This document shows, piece after piece, positions 36,701 to 48,700 of a stretch of DNA of 64,000 nucleotides. Numbering within the stretch: the stretch's first letter is position 1; each line of letters begins with the position of its first letter. The notes under the pieces were generated by a model, which saw only the letters and a program-made list of their open reading frames with translations, ran no database searches and was not told the DNA's origin. Made by a program: the position numbers and the translations under genes. Source of the DNA: Lytechinus pictus (taxonomy: Eukaryota); assembly GCF_037042905.1 (NCBI RefSeq), contig NC_087261.1:18414001-18478000 (forward strand), given 5' to 3'.

Positions 36701-39700
36701 CAGAAGACCGTGGTAATAATTATTGCAATGTAAATCGCCTATAGAAAAATTATGGATTATGTGTACACAGGTAACTATATCATTTTTTTAATATGTCTCT
36801 ATCATGAAATTATTTTTGTTTTAAATGTACAGAGGTTAATTTTTTTTCTCGCTCAGTCCCCTCGCTCACATATATTTTACCATGTGTGATGTCTGCTGCC
36901 TAAGTATTGTTAGTTCATTGTTCTGTATTATATCGTAAGTTTGAAATGCCTTGGCTTTGAGGTTTTCAGGCATTTCAAACTTACGAAAAAATCCATAATT
37001 ATTATGGGGGGGGGGGGTCAACGCCAAAAAGGCACCCATTTATCAAAATGAGTTTTTTTTGTGCAAACAGATACATGTATTTTCAAAATGAGATTATGAA
37101 CTGCGTGAAGTAATTGTGTGTTTTATAGAAATTAAGTTGAGCAAATGCTTTCTAAAATGATTTTTAATTACAAGATAGATATTTTGCTTTAGGTTTTACT
37201 TCTCAGCGAGAAAGCATAGCGAGCAAGCGGTTTTGAAAAAAAAAATCAATTCTGATGTTGTAAAACTTGATTTATGGTCAATTATGGGGCTAATCATTGT
37301 TGAAATTTCCTTGCGCGATGTTGCCAGCGCGAATCACCAGCTCAAACTTCTTGACATGTCGTGTAATAAAACATGGAAATTATTTTATTCTGAGCTGGTT
37401 TTGTAATCATGAAAAAGATGTGTATCTAACTAAAAAATAACTTTGCGCTCGCTAATTCTTTTTATATACTGACCAGTAAAGGAAGCAGTTAATTACTGCA
37501 TTTTAAATAAGATACATAACTCACCAATAAAAAATAATGCGAGCGCAAAGCGCGAGCTCAAAAGTTTGTGATATTCCAACCTGAAAACTGGACATTCTAA
37601 GCATTTTTTTGTGAACGGGAAGAGAACGAGTACAATAATTGATGCGAGTGCAGGAAGCGAGCCAAATATTTGTGATATTTCAACCATAAAGCAACATTCT
37701 ATACATTTTTGCAACCATTAGCAATACTGTACTAAACAATAATTGATGCAAGCACGATTCAAAATCTGTGATTTTCGAACCTAAAATGTATTATGTTTTA
37801 TTATTAAAGAAGGTATTTCTTTTTTAAAAAGGGCATATTTCATTTGGGAAAAAAATCCTACAGGGATTTTTTTTTTTTTTGGGGGGGGGGCAAGAGAGCA
37901 CAAAGCGCAAGCTAAAATTTTCAAATGCTTAAACTGAAAATGAGTCATTTTTAGGACTCTTGTCAGTTTTCATATTTTGTTCTGCTTACAACCACTTTTA
38001 TTAAACAGTTAATTAATCATTAATACTTATTGATAATATTAATAATGATTAATTATTAAATTATTTTTTGTTAATTATTATTTCTTGAAACCATATTGAC
38101 ACAAAAACAAATACGTTGTTTATTTCCTTGAAACTGTAGAGAAATGAGATTCAATGTTGAACGATATATGATTAAAAAGAAGTAAACATTTTTCCCCCTT
38201 TGTTTTGTCAATCTGACCCAAAACAAATATAAAATTTAGAAGAGAGATAGAGAGAAGAAGAAGTCCCACCACCAAGAATAAACTTAGACAAGGGGGGGGG
38301 AAGGGAAAGGAAAAGATGGAGTAAATGTGATATTATTTTTTAAACAATCTATTGCAAAATTAGCTTTTCTTATAGAAAGAGGGGGACAAATTTTGTTCAC
38401 TCGCTCGCTTCAATCGCTTTCTTCTTTTTTTTTTGACAGAAATTTTGCTCTATATATGCCATGCTTGGCCCCTCAAAGTTTCTGGCCCATCATGCCATTG
38501 ACATAACCCATTTGGATATGAAAAAATTGGAGACTGTGTTCAAGTTTACCAAATCTTTTCAGAATATCATTAAAACTTAAAACATTCTTGTTGGCCAAAG
38601 AAAATAATACAAGGAAAATCCTAATGGGATAGAAATCAACCTTGTTATCGTTCTTTAGGGTTAGCTATGTTTAAAGTATGAAAATTGTTGTCAAAATTGC
38701 AGTCAGATGTAAAAATTATTCTTGTCATCAAAGCATTATTACCTTGATCATGACCATTATTATTTACTGTCATTATCATCATATGATTACAACACATTAC
38801 CAATATACATAATGCTATTTTTCATAACTGATGTATTCTTTGTTTGAATTTCTTGATAATGGTGACAATTACAATTGATGACACTGCTAGTACACTTACT
38901 ACTGCTGCTGCTACTGTTACTGGTGATTGGCAGTATTGACCATTAGTGTTATTAAATACCGGTATATATAAAAAAAAAAAAAACAATTGAAACATTTATA
39001 ATTACTTATTTAAAACAAATGAAAGTACAAAATGCCTTGAAAAAGCCTTGAAAATGCGTTGAAAATGCCTTAAAATTTCAAGGCTCAAAATCCTCAAGGC
39101 CAAGGCCTTCTCAAGGCCAAGGCTTTGAAAAAGTAGCTAGGCATTAAGGCGCCTTAAGGCAAGGCCGAGCATCAAAGCACTACAACACTGATTAGTACTA
39201 GGCATTAATTAGACAGGTCCAGATTTGAGGTAAAGTTAATGCGCTAGCCTAATAAGCTAGCCCTACCCTAGCACATGTCTTGCCATTAATGGCAGCTAGT
39301 TGTGTTTAAGAATTGGATATATATATATATATATATATAGATCTAAGCCTATAAGACCTATGTAACTATGTAAGGGTACCGGTAATTTGACGATGCTAAT
39401 TCATTCTGAGCAACGTGTATGCTTGCTTACGATCGGCACTGGTACTGATCGAGGCCAAGTCCACGCGCATGCGTACTCTCAATCCGAAGACGCAAGTCAT
39501 GAATATTCATATGTTGGTCCAGAACTCGGTGGGAAAAATAATTTTGCGGCCGGGGCCGGCTCGGCCCCCTCCTGGATCCGCGCCTGAAGCAGCTACCCCC
39601 CCCCCCCCCTCCCCGTATTAAAAAAACATATCTAATATCATGCGAGGGAGTTTAACGACCGAGTGAGAAAAAAAATCACATTTTAAAATGCTTGAACATT

Positions 39701-42700
39701 TTTCATCTATAGCGTGCTTCGGGACCTGATGGGTGTATGCAGATGAGGGCATGCGGGGGGGGGGGGGGGGTAGGACTGATTATCAGGAAATGGGTTTGTG
39801 TTGTTACTCTCTCCAGGCGTTCATTCTCTAAATTTGAGTTAACGTAAACGGTATAATAGAACATGGCAAGAGATAAGTGCCAACGACACCCCTTAAAGGA
39901 GAAATGTATTGATTATGAATGTGGTCTTATTATATATCAATGGAAAGGTAATGATGTGGGGATTATCAGTGGGTCATTCAAAAATAACGAAAATAATACA
40001 TAAGGTGGAAATCGCCGATTAAAAAATCGCTAAAATGCCTCTCCGAAATATGCCTCGCATCGGTCTCTGAATTGACTTGAATTTGATGACGTCACTTTCT
40101 GTACGAGAGGCGTGATTGGCTCTCCCACGTGAATTGCTCCACTTGCATGCAAAACATGTTGCGAGGATACGTTTTCTCCACACTGTCAATGAATACTTCG
40201 ATCACGAAATGAAAGAAAACCCAGAATTTTATCTAGATTTGGATTTTCAAATTGATGATTTTGAAGATGAAGATAATGATGAGGAAATGAACAACAAAGT
40301 GACGTAGTTGGAGGTAATTTGGGGGAATTATGCCGATGATGATGAGTCGGACAATTCAACTTGCAACACGATCACATGCCGATTCGCTACCAACTCATGC
40401 AGCTGCTAAGTGCTAGCTACACCGCGCGGGCCAAATTGAATTCATGAAAATGAATTACCACACTGTCCAGACAGACTCTCTTACCTCTGTGACTATGAAG
40501 AAGGAAAATAATGATAAAACTGTACTTACAAACAAGTGAATGTAATCCGAACCTGAAGGCAAATCAACTCAACGAATAGCAGCAGACGATATGCACCGAC
40601 GATAAACTTCATATGGCTGGGATAGATTGTCACTCGTTCTGTTAGATGTAATTTTTATCACATTAATTTGACAAAATTACGAAACTCGGGGAATTATTTA
40701 TCTATATAAAAATATAGTAACATCTCGTATTATTTTTTAAATTACGATAAAACCTTTTTTGAAGGAAAACGTTGAGGTAAATTAAAATTGGATGTAAAAG
40801 ATCATTTCGTGGACGTAATTCTGCGTGTTTGAAGCATTCAGAGAGAGAACTTTAAACTATCAATTAACTGAGTTCCATCGGTCTCCATGATAAATGATGT
40901 ACACCATCGTGTTCTCCTTATTTTCTCCTTTAATTTGATATATGATTCTCCATTTTTACGATTTTCAATATATTTCTACTTTGAAAATATTACGAGGGTA
41001 TATGTTGACAAAAGAGAAAATGTTTCAAGTAAAACCTTGAATGTGGAGCATCTACACATACAAATACCATTAAAGATATAAAATTGTTAATTTTTTGGTA
41101 TGCTTTTTGCGCGCAGAGCGCGCTGAAATTTGGGGTATTGTATGTACCTACCCTCGCCACCCAAAAACATGGAGAGACATTCCTGATTCTAAACTATATG
41201 CTTTATTAGTAACTCAATCGTGGAGTATATAGAGACAAAGCCATTTCCAATAGAATGGCAAAAAATCGGAGCGCTTTTGACAAAACACGGATATGTTTCG
41301 AGTTAAAACTTCAATTTTGAGGCATTAGTATTGCTATATTCGTGGTGGATAAATTATATAAGGAGGTTACTCTGAAGAAAATATGCAAAGCAGTCTACTA
41401 TGTTGGAAGAGATCATATACTTCTTATACTCGCACTTTAAGAGAACATTAATGAATTCGGCATTTAGATTTTCGATTTTTGAGAAGTAAAAACTTTGATT
41501 CAAGAGCATTGGACAACATGAATGGAATACTGCATTAATCAAGACATAATGTATGCATTTTTACTGTTTTATTTACAGGACCTAGTTGAAAAACAGTGCA
41601 TTTTATCTGAACATGTTATCCTGTATAAAGATGTTTATATAAATATATAAATAAATAAGTAAATAAATAAATACGCATATAGGACCTACATAATTCCTTT
41701 TTTTTCGTTGTGGTCGATTTATTATTATTTTTTTTTTGGGGGGGGGGATTCTTCAGCGATGTTTTGGAAGGCTTCATTCCCGAAAGCCCCCCCCCCCCCC
41801 TCTAAAGCCGCGCCTGACATACACACGTCTCGCAAGCCATTACCCCCACATCCCTTTGCTCCACAATCCGCCTACTTCATAATAAAGAATTATTTTAAAA
41901 TAGATAATGCCATAAGGCAAACTAACGCCAATAGTTCGACTGGGCACCGGCATGAACTTAAGGGACGCCAATTTTACGTTCGATCGGGGGCACAAATATG
42001 ACCTGTCATGAAAGGGGCACCAGACTTAACTTAAACCTTGTATTAGGGGCGCCAAATTGATGTTTGACCTAGGGGGCGCCGATTTGATGTTTAACAGTGG
42101 GCGCCAAATTCATGTTTTACATGGGGGGGGGGGGGAGTAGGGCGTCAAAATCATTTTTTTTTCACATGGAGGGCCGGAATGCGTATTTTATTTACACCAC
42201 TGCTCCGCCAAAATTCCCAGAAATACGAAAGAAACGACTCGCGGGTAAGTCTAATCGGTGCGCTCAAGCAAAGCTCTCGGAATTCCCGCGTGAGATTTGT
42301 ATGAAGTTGAATGAATATCAAAAACCACCTGAGGTCATCCCGTTACCACATTATTTTCTTAGGGTTATTGTTGATATTACGGAAAAGGGTTTAAAAACCA
42401 TTTAAGTTTGTAACAGAGCTGATACTTAATTTTGTATTGAAAATGAATATGTAAAAAATATTGTCTAGTGACGAATTGATGTTAAGCCAATAAAGTGTGA
42501 GGTCATTTTATAGTATTTTTCCTACAGTATAGGGCCTTCTAGTATTGACTTGTTTTGAGGTTTTTCCAACCTGAAATACTTTTCAAAATCACAGAGTATA
42601 CATTTGCAGCAATGCTTGGTAGTGCATTTGTTGGACAAAGTTCAGTAGTAGTTGTGATAAATGACTGAGAAAGATGAAAAGGGCCCGAAAAGACTGAGGG

Positions 42701-45700
42701 GAAGGGGGTGGGGAGTGCGACGGAATAAGGAGAAAGGGTGAGATGAGATACAAGGAGATTGATTTGGAAAAAATATATTGTGAGGAAAAAAATCAAAAGA
42801 AATGGGCCTTAAGCAAGAGGGGAGAATAAAAGAAGAGTCTACCCAAGCAGAAAATATCAGATGAACAGAACAAAAAAACGTTTGAGAAAAATTGGACAAC
42901 TAAAGGAAAGTTATAAAATTTTAATCATATGAAAAAAATGGGGAAATCACAAGACAAATTGTCGATTTTATGAAGTCATGGATGCACCACTAACTATTTA
43001 TTTTGTTTACAAATGTATTTATACTGCAAAAATTCATTATTTGACCCATCACACAATTTTTTTTCAGAACTCGAATCAAGTTAACATTTCCTTGTTATGT
43101 AGGCCTTCTTGAAATATCTAATGAACTCAAAATATTGAGCTTGACTATATTTGTATACCTTTAATCATTCAAGTATTATAAATATTGAATCATAAATTCA
43201 TATTTTCAAGGTTGTTAAAAAAAACCTATAAAGTCTGTAATAATAGAAACATGAAAAACATATTTATCATCTAGATATCCTGGAAAAAGTTTTGAGGAAA
43301 TCAAAATTTCGGAAAAAGTTAAATTTTGTAGTAATGAACTAGTAGATAAAAAAAATGGTTAGTCGTGCACATATGATGTCAGCAAGTCGGCAATTGCCTA
43401 GTGATATTAATTTCATTAAAAATTCATAACATTCTTATAGTTGTCCGATTTCCCTCAAACTTTTTAGTTCTGTCAATCTGATTTTTCTTGAACATTATTT
43501 GTTCATACATTCAAATGATCCTTGAAATGTCCCTTTTAAAGTTCATTAGAGACCAAAACTTTTCAGCTCGCGCTTTGCCCTCGCATCAATTCTTTTTATA
43601 TAGGGGTATTACATTATATTAATGGATATTTTTTCATGAACACTTCATTGAAAATAAGTGGTATTCAATTGCCTTTGGATCAGTGGCGTACCTGGCATAA
43701 TTCATCAGGGGGGGGGGGGCAAGCGACAAGGATGAGCAAGGTGGGGGTAGAAGGCATGGACGTATACGCACAATTTTTTAAAGGGGAGCTGATAATCATT
43801 GCCCTAATATCGTCTTCACAGTTTTTAATTTTCAAGCGAGCGAAAAAAAAATCAATTTTTATTAAGCCTTTTTACATGATGTGAAACGTGCAGAAATTAT
43901 ACATTCGGTCATAAAATTACCAATCCACGAGGATATTTGGGCATTTCGCAGTCTTCATTGCCCTGCATTTTCCAGCCCCCCCCCCCCATACACGTTTGGA
44001 AGTGTATAGGTCTGGAAGTGGCACTGAAGGAGGGAAATGTTATCCAGGGGTGCCCAATAAAACATTTTTTGAGGGAATTGCTGAGGGAATTAAAATTAGA
44101 GAAATATAGATAGGCGGATCGACGAAGGTATCGGGTAAATAGGATAGAAAGGGGGGACGGTAATAACCAGAAGAGTGTGTAAGCAGGGGCAAGGCTAGGC
44201 CCTTTCCAGTTGGGAGGGGGTGGAGGACCTTGATTACCGACAGATATCAGTACCGATTCCCGACGACCAATACTCATCTATATCCAACCCAAGGGCAGAT
44301 CCAGAATATCCAAGGAGAACATTTGGGTTTACAAAAAATTGACAAGCCCCACCTCCCCCCCCCCAAAAAAAAAAGTCTACACTTTTACTGGTACGTGCCT
44401 TACAATTTACACTGAAATAATATAATAATAATAATTGCGAGCGTGAAGCGTGAGCTGAATTTTTCTGAACATTTAGACCTAAAACGATACATTTGGTGCA
44501 CTTAATTTATAATAGGATGGGTATCTTTCCTAATAAATTATGTGAGCGCGAAGCGCGAGCTAAAAAATGCTGATATTCCTAACTGGACACTAAATATTCT
44601 AAGCAGTTTTACAGGATGGGTATATAAACAGTCGTGCGGGCGCGAAGAGCGAGCTAATACTTCTGATATTCCGACTTAAGAACTGGATATTCTAAGCACC
44701 TTTCGTAACCATGAACACATTGGTTTCTAATTGAATAATTGATGCGAAGAGCGAGCTGAAAATTTGAAATATTCCCCCCTAAAAAATTGACATTCTAAGC
44801 ACCTTTTTATTTTTTAAATATGAACAAGATGGTAGTCAAAAGCAATTGATTGGTGTGAGCGCGAAGCGCGAGCTGAAAATTTTTGATATTTCGACCTGAA
44901 AACTTTACATCCTAAGCACTTCATTTACTTATGAACGGGATGGAATTTTATGCGAGTGCGAAGCTCGAGCTGAAATGTTTTATATTCCAACCTAAGAATT
45001 TGATATTCTAAGCAATTTCTGTAACCGGGAACAAATTGATTTCTAATGATATGTTTTTGATATTTTTGATTTTTTATATTCCGACCTGAAAACTGGACAT
45101 TCTAAGCACTTCATTTACCTATGAACAGGATGGATATATCTTGCGCGAAGTGCGAGCTGAGTATTTTTATTAAAAAAAATGAAAACTAGACAGTGGCGTA
45201 CCATGGGTCACGTCTTTGGGGGGGCACTAGCAAAAAATTTGAGTCACTTAATGAGCGCGCGAAGCGCGCTCAGTTGCCAGGTATACTGACCTAATAGAGA
45301 CATCTTAAAGACAGTGCCATTAAACGGATATATATGTATCTCACTGATCAAATAATGCGAGCGCGAAGCGCGAGGTGAATTTTTTTTTATATTCAGACCT
45401 AGAAAGGGACCTTATAAGCATATTTTTATCATCATATTTCGTACCGGTCTCGCTAAACAAACAATACGAGTGCGAAGCGCAAGCTGGAATTTTTGTATAT
45501 TGACCCCAAACAGGGACATTTTAAGGACTATCTTTTAGGAATCCATTAAAAGTACATATTTCACCAAAGTCATCTAATGCGAGTGCTAAGCGCTTGCTGA
45601 TTTGGTTAGAATTACATATTAACACATGAATCACATTTTGTAGTCATTGTAATCATGATTACCAAACACATCTCACTAATCAAATTATTTTCCGTTCTCC

Positions 45701-48700
45701 CTCCTTTTCTCCTTTTCCCCGTTTTTTTTTTTTTTTTTTTTTTTTTTTTTGGGGGGGGGGGGCAGCCGATTGGGGGGCACGTGCCCCCCCCCGTAGTTAC
45801 GCCACTTAAACTAGACATTTATCTAAGGTATTCAACTAAAAATTGATGGGAGCGCGTAGCGCGAGGGAAATTCTATTGTTAAAATTATATTACCTAAAAG
45901 TTGTTCTCTACATTTTTCCTGTCCCTGGTCAGCCCAGTCCGTCCTCACTATCGGTACAGAGAGCTCTAAAGGTCTCATTGCGTAAAAATCACAATTTACC
46001 GATAAAAAGTGTACAGTTTAATTGACATTTACCGACAAAGATGGTGGAACTAAAACACCGAATCAGTTGGAACAGCCCCATGTGCCCGGCAGTTTATCAT
46101 TTTTTCCGACAGTCTGCAGTCCATTTTTTTCGTTTCCCTTTCTCTTAATCTCTTTCTTTCCCCCCTCCACCTCTTTCTCTCTTTCCTTTTTCCTCTTTCC
46201 TTTTTTCTTTCCCATTTTACTTCCTTTTTTTTTTGCTTGTGACTCGTCAGGGTGGGGGGCAGTCTGCCCCCTGCCCCCCCCCCCCCTAGGTACGCTAGTG
46301 CTTTGGATAATTTGATTATGAAATAATACAATTTAACATGCAATTATTAGGCACCTAGACTGTTGTTGATGAATATTTTCAGACAACATAAATATAACCA
46401 TCAAACTAACCTGTAGACAAATACAGCGAAAAAGAAGAGTTGTAAATTCAGGGAATTGGAATGAATTCAGGGAATTGGAATGAATTAATATTCTCTATTG
46501 CCTAACAAATTATGGTTACTTGAGTTTTGGTCTTGCCTTTTTAGAATACCTTACATTTCTTTCTTTTTAATCTGAGACCAATCTTATTCATTATTTTTTC
46601 TTGTTGTTTATCTGTACTCATTTGCATCTTGGTTTGGGTCGAAAAGTGCGATGTCGGCAGCAAAGTCGAGATCGAACAATTTGCTTTGTCCATAAGGTAT
46701 ACCTGTTACCAGTGGCGTAACTACGTGACCCAAGGTACGCCACTGCCTGTTGCCGTTTGTTCTACACGTCTCATTTCATAGTCGATTAAGAGGAGGAACA
46801 GGGAGGGTGACAGGATGTATCCTTGTTTGACTCATGTGGTTATTTCAGTTGGTACAGTGTTCCCCTTTTTATCTAGATGCAGCTTCTACTGTCTGAGTAA
46901 GAATCTTTCATGATCCCAATAACTTTGTCCGGAATTTCATCGAATTTAACAATTGACCACATTGCTCTTCTGTTCACGCTGTCGAAAGCTTGTTTGAAGT
47001 CAACAAACTTGATTTACAGTGAGTGTTGAAATCCCCTTGTCATCTCTATCACTCTCTAATATAGTATGTATTGCACCTGTACAAGATCGACCTCACAGAG
47101 CCAAAAACTGTGGCTCTCTGTGTAGTGGGTCCACTACCTTGTAGATTCCTCCCAGTACAATACTTTCCATGACTTTGCCTGTAGCAGCTAGAGGGTTCAC
47201 TCTCCTCCAATTTGCACAGTTCATTAGATCACCTTTTTTGCTAGCCTTACTATCAGTCCTGTTTGCCATTATTTCGGTATTATTTCGTGCTGCCCTATCA
47301 GGTTGCACAGGCAGCATAGCTCTGCAATTGCAGTCTCATTCAAATATTTAAGCATTTCTGGGTAAATTCTATCTCGTCCAGGTGCCTTGTTGTGTTTAAT
47401 TCTCTTCAGGGCACATTTGATCTCTTCTATAGTAACCCCATCAGTGTTGATATCCAGATTTTCTGTCTCTGTTGTATTTATATCGATTTCCTCTTCTGGA
47501 GATGGTTGATTGATAATTTATTTGAAGTGTCTCGCCCATCTTACTTCTACCTCTTCTGGTGTTTTAAGTGGATCACCATATTTCCCCTTTACTGGAAGAT
47601 GCGATTTTCTTTTAGTCCTTCCTGACATTTCTTTCACAATCTTGCTGACAGTTGCATTTTCGGCTTTTTGGGCTTTGGCTTCATACCATTTGCCCTTATC
47701 TCTCCCGCACTTCTTCTTCACTGTTGTATCCATTATTTTTGTATTTTTCTTCATCTTCTGCTTCCTAGAAGAGAAATACATTGTTCTATGTTCCTTCCTT
47801 TCATCGATGGACTTCCAGGTATCATCAGAGATCTACTGTTCTTTACGGGTCAATATTTTAAGTTCCACTGTTGATTTGGTTCATGGCATCCTTAACTACC
47901 TCTTGAAAATGATTAAACACACCGTCTAGATCCTCTTCTAGGTCGTCTCTTACTATCGCAAATATATTCTGCAGTTCGATTTAGATTTTTGAAGTATTTC
48001 TTTGTCTTTCATTGCCAGTTCAATTCAGTAGTTCATTCTTGTGGCCTCCGTAGCATTTTTTTTCGGGAGCAGGTTGCTGGTCCACTGCCCAACCTCCTAA
48101 ATTTATTGGTAAGGCTATAAAGGTCATTGCCTCTTTTGGGTACACCCTGATATGTTCGCTACCATTAGACATTCTAATATGCATCACAGTCCCCACCACA
48201 GGAATAAAGACCAGGACATTTTTACCCAGCTATCCTCAAGTAGTTCACCCCATCACGTATTTACACTGCCAAAGGAAAGGCATACAGATAAGCTACCAGG
48301 GTAGCTTGACTCACCAGCGATATTTTGTTAGTGAGTCGGTTTGAATTTGCCTCATGAAGGTATTTATACTGAGTCAGATTTAACGCACTTCATACCACAC
48401 TTGAGCCAGAATAAAGGTTACTCACGAAAAGTTTAGGTTTTTAAGTCATTTGACACAACATAAATTTTTTTGCGTAAAAATTCTAAGCATGCGAAATGAA
48501 AATTATTGATATTTAGACCTGCAGTCGAACAATTTCAGGGAGAAGTACTCCCACGATGCGTATATAGCAATTGGTGCAAGCAGGAGTTGTGAGCTGAAAT
48601 TTTTGATATACTTATACGTAGTTCCCACTGTCACGATTTGCGCCACGATCGAAATCGCGGTCTAAATCTTGGAGTAATCGTGGTGATCGTATCAGATCTC

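Larger units (their letters stand above)
32928..41816. mobile_element. Non-autonomous DNA element hosting nested insertions
   Basis: TIR caggcgcggttctaga / tctaaagccgcgcctg; 5-bp flanks acgta / acata. Confidence 0.6.

Noticed and set aside
35925-37714. Identical 73-aa ORFs on opposite strands (likewise 19368/20176 and 34053/39415)
   Set aside because: By-products of DNA palindromes with no protein-like features
40116-40307. Acidic 63-aa ORF near a TGACGTCA (CRE) motif
   Set aside because: Sits inside a TTAA-flanked non-autonomous element with no recognisable domain; probably a transposon relic
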